Shown here piece by piece: positions 49,744 through 60,048 of a stretch of DNA of 64,000 bases. Numbering within the stretch: position 1 is the first letter of the stretch; the number at the start of each line of letters is the position of its first letter. Made by a program: the position numbers and the translations under genes. A model generated the notes under the pieces. It had not been told where the DNA came from. It saw only the letters and a list, made by a program, of their open reading frames with translations, and did not search any database. Source of the stretch: a virus. Its lineage: Duplodnaviria; Caudoviricetes. The stretch is from the IMG/VR virus record IMGVR_UViG_3300028886_000088, positions 5,339 through 69,338 of that record. The stretch is one strand, 5' to 3'.

Positions 49744-49825
49744 CAATAAAAAAGAGTGTGGTTTTTAATAACCCCACTCTTTTTTTTATTATTCAGATAT
49801 TTATAATATATAATTTATTTGCGAT

Positions 49826-50245
49826 ATGAAGATATATAACAAGAAATCTTTGACACTTAAAGAAAACGTTTATAAGGTTAAGAATGTCAAATTAAAAGAA
49901 GTTGTGACAGCACAAGATGTGTACAATACTGCTGCTCCAAATATGAATAAAGTTGGAACAAAAACATATGATTTGAACAATGACAATAACCAACCTATCA
50001 TTGTTAAAGGCAATTTCAATAGAGGTGATTCACAAAGTCTTCAAGATGCTTCAACTGAAATGGCAAACCAAGCCAATGCCATTCATAAAGGGAATCCAAC
50101 AAAGCCAATAATTGGGCAAATGACTGCAATGAACCCATCTGCAAACAACTCTACAAACACTAATAAATCTGGAAATGTTGAACAATTGGCTGAAACTGTT
50201 GTTTTCAGCAAAAGAGAAATGAATGACTTTTTAAAAACGTTGTAA
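49826..50245 (+). CDS. putative internal head protein
   Basis: LTLKE/KLKE motifs; ATATTTAT at 49797. Confidence 0.55.
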   Translation: MKIYNKKSLTLKENVYKVKNVKLKEVVTAQDVYNTAAPNMNKVGTKTYDLNNDNNQPIIVKGNFNRGDSQSLQDASTEMANQANAIHKGNPTKPIIGQMTAMNPSANNSTNTNKSGNVEQLAETVVFSKREMNDFLKTL

Positions 50246-50246
50246 T

Positions 50247-52331
50247 ATGGAAATGATTATATCCGAAAAAGCCGTGAATTCGCTTCTAGAAAATACAAGC
50301 AAATACAGATTGCCAAATGAGATATACAATCATTTGGCAAAACATTTCACGTCTTTGGGTAATAACAAGGCTTTTCCCGATGAAGAAAAATATTCGTTTG
50401 ATTACCAAATAATCAAAGAGCGTTATGAGGAAATTGTAAACAGATTGGATGAATTGAAAATACAATTCAATGATTTGGATGAATTGCGTTCAATGTTGAG
50501 CCGTTTGATGACTGATTGCATAAGAAAAGAAAAACCAATAAGGGATATATTGAACAAACTTTGTGAAAAAACTGTAAAGGGAATCCTTTATATGCCACAA
50601 GAAACAATTCTTTTCAGATGTTTGCTTGTTGATAAGGTTGAACCAAAGAAAATGCCAAGAATAATGCCAGAAGATGATTATGACAATGAATATACATTCA
50701 ATGATGTTGAAGAAAAATATCTGACAAATGATGTTGTCATGAAAAGGAGATTCATTAATTCATTGGTTCAAGGGGCATCTTATTCGTTGTATCAGCAAAG
50801 CAAGAATTCATTTATGGATGAAATATTCAGAATGGATGATGAATTGCCAAAAATGTATGAGGCTATTGTGGCAATAAATGATTTCTTGCTTTTCCAACAA
50901 GAAATAAAATACAAGGATAAGGATAACAAGTTTACCGCACACGTTGATGTAACACTTGGTTCAAATGGAAAGAAAACAAAAATTGAGGCACAAGCAATAT
51001 TGTTCCCATTCCTTTTAATTGAATCATTCAGAGGTTGTTGTGAATTGTTTGCTGCACACGGTTTGCCAAAGGAAGATGTCAAGAAATTAAAATATATCAT
51101 AAGCAAGGCTGATTACAAGACTGCTGAACAGTGGGATATGAGATTTGGAGTAAAGTTATGGCAGATGCTTTCAAAGGGCATTGAAGATGCCGTTGTTATT
51201 CCTAATTTCATTTCTGAACTATCTTCTATGGAAACTAGTGAATTCTATTCATGTGTGAAAGAAATGCTGTCAAACACAAAAAAAGGCAATGAATGGCACG
51301 ATGAATTATTATCATATTGCTATCAAAATGTGACATACGATGATATGCCACAAGATGTTACACAAACAAGTGACAATATGAGAGCAGTAATTTCAGATGA
51401 CACACAAGATGATTCCTTTACAATTGAGGAATTGTCAAATATGAATGCCGATGATTTTTTCTTGAAGGAATACAAGGGTGAGCAACTTGTATTACCTTTT
51501 GATGGTAGTTCTCACGCTTATAGTGATATGCAATATATTGATTATCTTCAGCATAATTCTGTTGGAAAAACATTAACTACACAATATAAAAACCCACAAG
51601 ATTATTTCAATTCATTAAATGACGATGAAATATTTGAATTATTTGAATGCACATTTTATTGTGGTGATGATGGTAGTGGCTTCAATTATGATAAACTCAA
51701 TAATTTTGCTGTACAAATTGCTGATAAATATCCAAATATTTTCAATGATGAAGTTATTGATAGAGAACATGTAATTCCAGACATTGAAATAGATTCTTGG
51801 CATCCACAAAGTAAAATGTTTGATAATGATATTGATAGTCTATCAGAATTGATGAAAATATCAAATGACCCTCAATTATTGAAAAAAATTATTGTTGAAG
51901 AAGCAAAAAAATGTTTTTCACTTTTTATTAAAAATGCATTAACTATAACTGAAAATGGATTGATTTATGTTGAAAGAGGAATTGGAATACCTAATATTTT
52001 ATCCAATAAACTTGATAATTATGGTGACGTACAATATTATGATTATTTAAATGATTATTATGAAGGAAATGTAGGCAATTGTTGGGCTTATAGAAAAGAT
52101 TGTGGAGAAGCATATGATAATAGTATTAGAAATTCAACAGAAATCATTTTACAAGGTTATACAAGGTGTGAAGATGTGAATTGGGTGCAAACTTTTGCTC
52201 AAGATGATTATGGCGAAAGTGAGTTGACATTAAATACAGATGGACTTGTTGAAATAACAAATATATATACTAGAAGTAGGGGTAAAAAAGTTAATTTAAA
52301 GGCAAATTATCCATTTGTAGTAAGAGCATAA
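50247..52331 (+). CDS. head-leader protein with a C-terminal ART-like paralog domain
   Basis: MEMIISEKAVNSLLE leader; C-terminal domain homologous to 52338 and 55144. Confidence 0.6.
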   Translation: MEMIISEKAVNSLLENTSKYRLPNEIYNHLAKHFTSLGNNKAFPDEEKYSFDYQIIKERYEEIVNRLDELKIQFNDLDELRSMLSRLMTDCIRKEKPIRDILNKLCEKTVKGILYMPQETILFRCLLVDKVEPKKMPRIMPEDDYDNEYTFNDVEEKYLTNDVVMKRRFINSLVQGASYSLYQQSKNSFMDEIFRMDDELPKMYEAIVAINDFLLFQQEIKYKDKDNKFTAHVDVTLGSNGKKTKIEAQAILFPFLLIESFRGCCELFAAHGLPKEDVKKLKYIISKADYKTAEQWDMRFGVKLWQMLSKGIEDAVVIPNFISELSSMETSEFYSCVKEMLSNTKKGNEWHDELLSYCYQNVTYDDMPQDVTQTSDNMRAVISDDTQDDSFTIEELSNMNADDFFLKEYKGEQLVLPFDGSSHAYSDMQYIDYLQHNSVGKTLTTQYKNPQDYFNSLNDDEIFELFECTFYCGDDGSGFNYDKLNNFAVQIADKYPNIFNDEVIDREHVIPDIEIDSWHPQSKMFDNDIDSLSELMKISNDPQLLKKIIVEEAKKCFSLFIKNALTITENGLIYVERGIGIPNILSNKLDNYGDVQYYDYLNDYYEGNVGNCWAYRKDCGEAYDNSIRNSTEIILQGYTRCEDVNWVQTFAQDDYGESELTLNTDGLVEITNIYTRSRGKKVNLKANYPFVVRA

Positions 52332-52337
52332 AAATAT

Positions 52338-53249
52338 ATGAAAAAGATAATATTAACAGAAAATCAATTTGCTAAAAATATATTATTAAATGAATATAAG
52401 GGTGAGCAACTTGTCATACCTTTTGACGGTGATTCTGATTCATACAATTATATGCAATATATAGATTATCTGCAACAGAATTCAGTTGGCAAGACTTTAA
52501 CAACAAAATACAAAACACCACAAGAATATATTGACACACTTGAAAAGCCTTATTTGATTTGGCTTGCAAGATGTTATTTTAATGAGGTTCAATCATATGA
52601 AGATAGCGGTGGTTTCTTTGAAAATGATGGGGCTGTTGATGAATTAAAAAAGTTAATTCATAATTGGAATGAAATATATGGCATTGATTTTAATGAAAAT
52701 ATAGAAAAATCTGATGTAAGGGGTTTGATACATAATTCGAAAAATCCAGAGTTGGCAATAGATATATTTTCAAATTTCATGAAATATGTTTTGAGAAAAA
52801 TATTTAAAATACTTTTAATAACAAAAGATGGGTTAATTTATGTTGAAAGGGCTGTTCAAATACCACAAATTTTTAATCATTCTTTTAAAAATGATTCTGG
52901 ATTTGATGAAGAATTGTTTTATCATTTAAACAGCACATATTTAGGAAACGTTGGCGTTTGTTGGAGTTTTGGCGTTAATAATTCAGATGCATATTATGGT
53001 CATAAAGTATATACTAATGACATTAAAAACACCATAATTTTAAAAGGATTCACTAGGTTTGAAGATGTTGATATAATTGCAACCGTTTCATTATATTTTA
53101 TGAATGAAAGAGAATTGAGATTAAAGAAAGATGGTTTGGTTAAAATAACAAATATGGAACTTCAAAAAAATACAGATGAAAATGACCCTTATTCTGAATA
53201 TAAGTATATTGGTATAAAAGCAAATTATCCTTTTGTAGTAAGAGCGTAA
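52338..53249 (+). CDS. head-leader protein, putative R-S-E type ADP-ribosyltransferase-like
   Basis: MKKIILTENQFAKNILLNE; IYVER, GVCWSF and ERELRL. Confidence 0.5.
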   Translation: MKKIILTENQFAKNILLNEYKGEQLVIPFDGDSDSYNYMQYIDYLQQNSVGKTLTTKYKTPQEYIDTLEKPYLIWLARCYFNEVQSYEDSGGFFENDGAVDELKKLIHNWNEIYGIDFNENIEKSDVRGLIHNSKNPELAIDIFSNFMKYVLRKIFKILLITKDGLIYVERAVQIPQIFNHSFKNDSGFDEELFYHLNSTYLGNVGVCWSFGVNNSDAYYGHKVYTNDIKNTIILKGFTRFEDVDIIATVSLYFMNERELRLKKDGLVKITNMELQKNTDENDPYSEYKYIGIKANYPFVVRA

Positions 53250-53263
53250 AAATATATTAGTTT

Positions 53264-55141
53264 ATGTTAAATGTTAAGGAAATACAAAAAGAATATGCAA
53301 AATCATACATTGACAAGACAAGAATTTACTTTATAGAACATTATCTGTCAACAATGGATGGTGAAAACGGTATGCAGCCGCTTAAACTGTTCCCAAGACA
53401 AAAGGAATTCTTGAAATCATTGTCAGAACATAAGGAAACGATAGCCATAAAACATCGTCAAGCGGGTATTACAACAATAACATCCGCTTGGGCTTCTGGT
53501 CAAATAGTTTTTGCCCCAAAAGACACACCTGAAACAATACTTTGCATCGGTAACAAATTGGATTTGTCACAACAGTTGGTTGAAAAGATTAGAAACTTTC
53601 TTGAACAGATTCCAAGATGGTTTTGGGGTGATGAATATTTCTCTTTTGACCCAAAATCAGAAAAGAACAAAAAAAGCATATTCTTGAAATGTTCAAAATC
53701 AGAACTTGAATTGTTCAACGGATGTAAAGTATACGCAAGGTCTTCTGGACCAAACGCTGCCCGTGGTATTTCTTCTGTATCACTTCTTGTATTTGACGAA
53801 GCAGCCTTCATTGAAAACGGAATGTCCGTTTATGCTGCTGCCGTTGCAGCAACATCAGCACGAAAGAATAGAAAAATTGTGATGATTTCAACACCAAACG
53901 GTAAAGATGCCTTGTATTATAACACTTATAGTCAAGCACTTACCAAAGAAAACAATTATAATCCTGTTGAATTCAAATGGTATCAAGATTTGAGATACAA
54001 CAAATTCTTGAAATGGTATAAGAAAAATGCTGAAACGGGTGAATATGAATGGATTGAAGAAGAATTGCTTGATGACACTGGTACAGTTCCTTATGATGAG
54101 GAAAGGTGGAGAGAGTTGGTAAAGAAAGGATGGACACCAACGTCACCGTGGTATATTTCAATGTCAAAGGCGTTCAATAATGATTCCATTATGATTGCCC
54201 AAGAATTGGATGGCTCTTTCATGGGTTCTGCAAACAACGTTATTGCACCAGAATATATTGAAATGCAAGAAACAATGAATGTTAGAGAACCATTGCAAGA
54301 TATGAAAGACCCACTTGTTGATGAAACTTGGTTTTGGAAACCGCCAATTGAAGGGCATAGATACTTGCTCAATATTGACCCAAGTCGAGGCACTAGTGAA
54401 GATAGAACAGCAATTGAAATAATTGATATTGACGGACGTGATGAAAATGGTCAGCCTATTGTTGAACAAGTTGCGGAATATCTTGGAAAGAAATTGGGCG
54501 ATGATATTGGTGGCATTGCCTTCCAATATGCAAAGTTGTATAATGATGCCTATGTGGTTGTTGATGCAACTGGTGGTCAAGGTGACAGTTGTATTTTAAC
54601 TATGTTGCAATTGGGTTACAAGAATTTCTATTATGAAGATAACAATCAAAAGTCATATATGGTGCAAAATAATTCAAAAACCCTTTCGACAACGAATTTG
54701 GATAGACTTCCAGGTTTTCACTTTCAAGGAAACAGATACCCCGTATTGGCTAATTTTGCAACAATGGTTCGTTCAAACGAATTCAAGATTCGTTCATTGA
54801 GAGTTATCAAGGAACTTGAAACGTGGATATTCAAGGGTGAGGCACAAAGAATTGACCATATGGATGGTATGCACGATGATACACTTACTTGTCTTGCAAT
54901 GGGCTTGTTCGTGATGATATACTCTTTCAATAAGTTGGATTCAACAAAGCAAAAGGATGCTGCAATATTAAAGGCATATATATTCAATGAAAACAAGCCA
55001 TATAACAGATATGCTAGTGATTCTGTAAATATGCGACCAAAAAATGATTATCATATGCCATTTTATGGCAGTGAAAATAAAAAAAGATTCCCAACACAAG
55101 TTCAAGGTGACTATTTGTGGGTGTTTGGTAAAATGTATTAG
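53264..55141 (+). CDS. terL: terminase large subunit (T4 gp17-like)
   Basis: KLFPRQ, KHRQAGITT, FDEAAF, STPNG, IDPSRG..ED and HDD. Confidence 0.93.
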   Translation: MLNVKEIQKEYAKSYIDKTRIYFIEHYLSTMDGENGMQPLKLFPRQKEFLKSLSEHKETIAIKHRQAGITTITSAWASGQIVFAPKDTPETILCIGNKLDLSQQLVEKIRNFLEQIPRWFWGDEYFSFDPKSEKNKKSIFLKCSKSELELFNGCKVYARSSGPNAARGISSVSLLVFDEAAFIENGMSVYAAAVAATSARKNRKIVMISTPNGKDALYYNTYSQALTKENNYNPVEFKWYQDLRYNKFLKWYKKNAETGEYEWIEEELLDDTGTVPYDEERWRELVKKGWTPTSPWYISMSKAFNNDSIMIAQELDGSFMGSANNVIAPEYIEMQETMNVREPLQDMKDPLVDETWFWKPPIEGHRYLLNIDPSRGTSEDRTAIEIIDIDGRDENGQPIVEQVAEYLGKKLGDDIGGIAFQYAKLYNDAYVVVDATGGQGDSCILTMLQLGYKNFYYEDNNQKSYMVQNNSKTLSTTNLDRLPGFHFQGNRYPVLANFATMVRSNEFKIRSLRVIKELETWIFKGEAQRIDHMDGMHDDTLTCLAMGLFVMIYSFNKLDSTKQKDAAILKAYIFNENKPYNRYASDSVNMRPKNDYHMPFYGSENKKRFPTQVQGDYLWVFGKMY

Positions 55142-55143
55142 AA

Positions 55144-55983
55144 ATGAAAAAAATTATATTAACTGAAAAACAATTTGCTAAAAATATATTATTGAATGAA
55201 TACAAAGGTGAACAACTTGTATTGCCATTTGATGGAAATTCACATGCATATCACGATATGCAATTTATGGATTATTTGCAACATAATTCAGTTGGTAAAA
55301 CTTTATCAACAAAATATAAAACACCACAAGATTATTTTAACACTTTACCAGATGATGAATTAATTGAAATATTCAGTGCTGATTTGTTAGACTTGTCAAT
55401 ATGGGAAGATATGCAAGACTTATTTGATAAAGAAATGGATTATGATGATTTCAATAATTTATTTGATTTAATTAATTTGTCAAATAACCCAAATGCAGCC
55501 AAAGACTTTATTATGAATATAATAAAAGAAAGATATTTAAATTTCATTTCAGAATTGACTGTTAGAGAAGATGGCTTGATATATATTGAAAGAGAGGTTG
55601 GTATTCCAAATATAAAGGCAGATAGAATGTTTTTTAAACTTCAAAAATATTTTAGAAATCAAGAAGACACACAATATTATGATTTTTTAAATCAAATGTT
55701 TAAAGGTAATGTGGGGGTTTGTTGGGCTTATATGAAAGGCAGTGGTCAAGCATATGATAACATGTTTGGAAATAAAACGCTCTTAACACTACAAGGTTAT
55801 ACAAGATGTGAAGATGTTAATTGGGCAACAACTTTTGAGTTTCAACAGTATAATGAATATGAATTAAGATTAAAAGATAACGGTTTGGTTGAAATAACAA
55901 ACATATCTGTTAAAATGCCAAAAGGTTTGGATATTCAAATTAAAAATATAAAAGCAGATTATCCATTTGTGGTTAGAGCATAA
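55144..55983 (+). CDS. head-leader protein, putative R-S-E type ADP-ribosyltransferase-like
   Basis: MKKIILTEKQFAKNILLNE; IYIER, GVCWAY, EYELRL and YPFVVRA end. Confidence 0.5.
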   Translation: MKKIILTEKQFAKNILLNEYKGEQLVLPFDGNSHAYHDMQFMDYLQHNSVGKTLSTKYKTPQDYFNTLPDDELIEIFSADLLDLSIWEDMQDLFDKEMDYDDFNNLFDLINLSNNPNAAKDFIMNIIKERYLNFISELTVREDGLIYIEREVGIPNIKADRMFFKLQKYFRNQEDTQYYDFLNQMFKGNVGVCWAYMKGSGQAYDNMFGNKTLLTLQGYTRCEDVNWATTFEFQQYNEYELRLKDNGLVEITNISVKMPKGLDIQIKNIKADYPFVVRA

Positions 55984-55999
55984 AAAAAAAGACCAAGAT

Positions 56000-56311
56000 T
56001 TATTTCTTGGTCTTTTTTTTGTGATTTTTAATCGATTTTGGTATATTTTTCAATTCTATTTCTTTATAATCAAATTTTTCAATCTTGTATTCGGTTTTCC
56101 TTTTAGATGCTTTTGTTATTGATTTTGATTTTTCCTTACAATCTTTCAATATTTCCTTTAATTCATCTTCTGTATCGGTTACGGGTGTGAATATCTCTTG
56201 AAACCACTTTGTCCAAGTGATTCCAGATGTTGAATAATACTCATATCTACTAACAATTCTAAATTTTTCCATAACCATTATAAAATATAAGGAAAAATAA
56301 TTGAAAGTCAA
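56000..56311 (-). CDS. basic hypothetical protein (probable ATG near 56275)
   Basis: ORF ending at a terminator shared with 55144..55983. Confidence 0.5.
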   Translation of the reverse strand: MTFNYFSLYFIMVMEKFRIVSRYEYYSTSGITWTKWFQEIFTPVTDTEDELKEILKDCKEKSKSITKASKRKTEYKIEKFDYKEIELKNIPKSIKNHKKKTKK

Positions 56312-56801
56312 GTATAATTGTGATTTGTTTTTTACAAAAAAATCCTTATATTTTAAATATAAGGATTATTATTTTGTTATGAAAAGAAGCGTAAAGGAAT
56401 TAAAATTAGAGAATGAATTTTTGAACATTAAAGTTGGTACTGTGAACAGATTTGAACCTAAAACGTTTTATATAATGTTTTCATCTTGGGTAACACCAAG
56501 ATATAATGGTGATTTTGAAAAGGATTTTTATGTTATTTTATCTGATTTCAAATATGAACTGAGAAAGAAATTGACAAAGAACGATATTTCACAGAAATTC
56601 ATAATTGATTGTGACATAAATTTAAAAGCCATGAAAGAGAATCAAAAGAAAATGATGTCAATACAAATTATATTGAAACAAAATACCAATCTTGATTTCA
56701 ATTTATTGATTGGCAAAATTAAAAATGATTTTGATTCATTATCAGTTTATTTGGCTAATAAATTGCAGTTAAATTCGTTTGAAATGTCAAAAAAAAGGTG
56801 A
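56301..56801 (+). CDS. hypothetical protein
   Basis: 166-aa ORF ending at a terminator hairpin. Confidence 0.55.
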   Translation: MKVKYNCDLFFTKKSLYFKYKDYYFVMKRSVKELKLENEFLNIKVGTVNRFEPKTFYIMFSSWVTPRYNGDFEKDFYVILSDFKYELRKKLTKNDISQKFIIDCDINLKAMKENQKKMMSIQIILKQNTNLDFNLLIGKIKNDFDSLSVYLANKLQLNSFEMSKKR

Positions 56802-56832
56802 TAGAAAAAATCTATCACCTTTTTTTATTTAA

Positions 56833-58620
56833 TTAGTTAAAATTAAGAGTTAAGCCATTTTCAATTGGGTTAGTGCAAGCACCACTTTTGTTTACGTTAT
56901 ACAAGTAGAATACTTGATTTGCTTGACCGAAATTGTTTTCAGTAACTTTAACACCGTTGTATTTGCAATTTGTGAAATTGAATGTCCAAGTTTTCATATA
57001 ACTCAAATCACCTACCAAACCTTTGTCAGCATTTGCTGGTTGATAAATGATAAGACCTGCCCAATCTAAGTCTGCTTCTGTATAACCCTTGTCTTCATAA
57101 TTCCAATTAACGTTTGTAAAGTTAACAGTTACGCCAGTTGAATTAGTGTAGTTTGCAAGTCTCATTGCATTTGAATTAGCCATATCAAGGTTGAAATCAC
57201 AATCACTTACATTGATAACAGCATCATTTGCAACTCTATAAATGTTAAATACATTGTGTTTCAATACTGGGTCATCAACTGTTACCTTTGAAGCGTTGAA
57301 TGATTCAACTTCAGCACCGCTACCATTACCTTCAAATACATTGTAGATTGTAGAACCACTTTCAATTACAACATCTTCAATGTTTACGATTGGTGCATTG
57401 TAAATTATTTTGCCATTTGTTATCCCCTTATTTCCATTCAATGTTACATCTTGGAAAGTTATATTTTCTAATGCATTTACTCTAATGTCTGCTGAAGAAA
57501 CTGTTGAATTTTCTAGAACAACTGACTTGAATGTCTTGTTGGATGCAGCCAAAAGGCTTTTTTCTGAATTAAGGATTACTGTTGTTTCAGATGTATTTTC
57601 AATGTTATTAACATCTTCTGCTGTATTGGCAACAATAACAACATATTCGAATGAACCGAAATCAAATGAAACGTCAAGTTGTTCGTCATCGTTAAGTTTC
57701 AAACCAGCATTTTCAGCATCATAGAAATCCAATTCAATAGTACCTACTTCAGTATCAACAACAATTGGTGTTGCACCACTTTGTGTCATTACTTTTTCAT
57801 CCAACGCTTCAAGAGCCTCAGTAATTGTTTTGGCACTACCTACTATTTCTCCACTTAAATCAAGTTCAAATTTCTTGGTATCTTCATCATATGCACCACC
57901 TACAGCATCTTCAAGTGCTTTCAATTCAGTATCAGAAGCAATGTCTGTTGTGTCAATCAAATCTTTGACTGGAAGGTCAACAATTTGTTCTGTACCATCT
58001 GCTGTAATGAATGTCAATTCAAGTGCTGGTTCATCAATTCTTTGACCGTCAACAAAGTAGTGGTCAACGAGTTCTGCACTTTTCAAGAATCTGTCCTTTG
58101 GAATAGCAATAGAACCGTGTGCAATACCATCGTTATCTACCAATTCATATTTGGTATATACTTCAGTTTCACCAGAATCTGGGTCAACTTGTTGTATACT
58201 ATATTCCAAATCATCAATTGCGTGACCAAGAACGTCAATTGCTTCTTTGATTGTTGTAACACCATCAAGTATGTCGCAAGTTGGGTCAGCAATGTAAGTG
58301 ATTACATCATCAACAACTTCAAGGCCAGCACTTGCAATGATTTCAGAAACCTTCTTTTGGAGTTCCCAATAAGATTGTGTACCATCGTCAAAAACTGTTA
58401 CTGAAAAGTTGCCACCGCTTTTGTAGCAAATACCAATCAATGTTTTAATTTTACTTCCATCTTTGTATCTTGCAAGTATTGGAGTACCGTCACAATCCTT
58501 TTCACCAAATGATGATGAAGAAAGTGATAACAAGGCTTGATTAGCCAATTCCTTGGAATCATAAATGTTACTAGTTCTCAAAAATTGAAGATACTTTTGT
58601 TGTTCAATAGAATTTGCCAT
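56833..58620 (-). CDS. acidic virion structural / fibre-like protein with a probable C-terminal beta-helix
   Basis: V/N/T-rich beta-strand repeats at the C-terminus; codon usage distinct from the accessory genes. Confidence 0.5.
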   Translation of the reverse strand: MANSIEQQKYLQFLRTSNIYDSKELANQALLSLSSSSFGEKDCDGTPILARYKDGSKIKTLIGICYKSGGNFSVTVFDDGTQSYWELQKKVSEIIASAGLEVVDDVITYIADPTCDILDGVTTIKEAIDVLGHAIDDLEYSIQQVDPDSGETEVYTKYELVDNDGIAHGSIAIPKDRFLKSAELVDHYFVDGQRIDEPALELTFITADGTEQIVDLPVKDLIDTTDIASDTELKALEDAVGGAYDEDTKKFELDLSGEIVGSAKTITEALEALDEKVMTQSGATPIVVDTEVGTIELDFYDAENAGLKLNDDEQLDVSFDFGSFEYVVIVANTAEDVNNIENTSETTVILNSEKSLLAASNKTFKSVVLENSTVSSADIRVNALENITFQDVTLNGNKGITNGKIIYNAPIVNIEDVVIESGSTIYNVFEGNGSGAEVESFNASKVTVDDPVLKHNVFNIYRVANDAVINVSDCDFNLDMANSNAMRLANYTNSTGVTVNFTNVNWNYEDKGYTEADLDWAGLIIYQPANADKGLVGDLSYMKTWTFNFTNCKYNGVKVTENNFGQANQVFYLYNVNKSGACTNPIENGLTLNFN

Positions 58621-58632
58621 AATTTTGTTTGT

Positions 58633-59016
58633 TTATTTTATTTTATTAATTTCTTCAATTATTATTTTTCTTATTTTTGATTCATTAAATACATTATATT
58701 CATCATCATAACTAGTTTGTGGATAATCATCATTATAACCATTATATGGATAATCATCATCTTCATTGCTATAAGGATTTTCGCCTTTGTTAATGAAATA
58801 CTCAATAGAAGACGAAACCAATATGTAATGTGTTTTGGTTACTCTCGTCCATTGCCAATACGGATTATATAAATCCAAGCGTAAAGATTCATATAAATCG
58901 GGCAATTCTTTTTTTATTTTTCTGACAAGCCATTTGTAATTCAATGGTCTTGAACCTTTCATTAGTTCATCCCATCTATCTTGTCCTATATCTTCACAAG
59001 TGCATTCTAACCACAT
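58633..59016 (-). CDS. hypothetical protein with a C-terminal head-type helix
   Basis: FNESKIRKIIIEEINKIK. Confidence 0.55.
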   Translation of the reverse strand: MWLECTCEDIGQDRWDELMKGSRPLNYKWLVRKIKKELPDLYESLRLDLYNPYWQWTRVTKTHYILVSSSIEYFINKGENPYSNEDDDYPYNGYNDDYPQTSYDDEYNVFNESKIRKIIIEEINKIK

Positions 59017-59018
59017 AA

Positions 59019-59945
59019 TTATTTATCCAATATAATATCTCTTAGTTCAAGCAATTTTGCAACATCTTTAACCAAATTTTCTTCATTGAATTCTTGTTTC
59101 TGAATTTCCTCTTTAATTTGATTCAAGTCATTTTTTTCATCTTCATTGCAAGATTCCAACAATTTGTAAACACCAGCAAGGCATTCGCTTTTAAGACTTT
59201 CAAAGAACTTTTTCTTTCTTGATGAATTAATTCCGCTTTTGAAATCCATTATTTCCTTTACAAATGACTTTTCTTCTTCATTTAACATTGAGCCATATTT
59301 CTTGTCAAATTCAGAAATCATATTGAATACGTTGGTTTTAGTTTCGTTCAATGGCTTTATGTTTGCTTTAACATAAGATGCGACATCATTTAATTTACTG
59401 TTATATTCATTCAAATTAAGCAAACCTTTTTTATGAGAAAGAATATAGTCACAATTTTCAAATAAATCCATTTGCTCTTTTGTAATAGATTCACTTGGAA
59501 TTAAATGATTTTCATTGATAATGTCCATCAGTTTTTGGTTTGACTTTTTAATTGATTTATAATCAATACCATTGGAAACCAAATCAATTGCTTCATTCAG
59601 ATATTCGTTTACATTATCACTTGTGCATTTGTTCAAGGCTTCATAGAATTTGAATTGAGAATAAAGGTTTTTGTCTTCCTTTATTGTTGTCATGAATTCA
59701 TTTATAACTTTTTTGTTTGTCTTGAATATCTGTGGCAGAACATTTTCAAATATATAGTTGGCAATACCGAAATTTCCGTTTTTATATGTATTGCTCAAAT
59801 CATTTTTATATGCCTCATATTCACTAATGGCGTTCTGATGCAACGATTCAGCAAGGTCAATGTTTTCTTGAAGCAATGCCTTGTTCATTTCAATCACATA
59901 TTTGTTCCATTTTTCCAAATGAGGGTTTATATACATATCTTTCAT
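59019..59945 (-). CDS. helical protein downstream of the portal (prohead core-like position)
   Basis: Synteny with the portal; LQE/LNE/LAE sites; ATATTTAT motif upstream. Confidence 0.5.
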   Translation of the reverse strand: MKDMYINPHLEKWNKYVIEMNKALLQENIDLAESLHQNAISEYEAYKNDLSNTYKNGNFGIANYIFENVLPQIFKTNKKVINEFMTTIKEDKNLYSQFKFYEALNKCTSDNVNEYLNEAIDLVSNGIDYKSIKKSNQKLMDIINENHLIPSESITKEQMDLFENCDYILSHKKGLLNLNEYNSKLNDVASYVKANIKPLNETKTNVFNMISEFDKKYGSMLNEEEKSFVKEIMDFKSGINSSRKKKFFESLKSECLAGVYKLLESCNEDEKNDLNQIKEEIQKQEFNEENLVKDVAKLLELRDIILDK

Positions 59946-60048
59946 CCTAAAAACATTTATTTTATAATAAATATTATTTTCATACGAAAACCGTTGGTTT
60001 TTGAAAAAAGAAAATGCGGGTTATTATAAAAAAATAACCCGCGATTTA

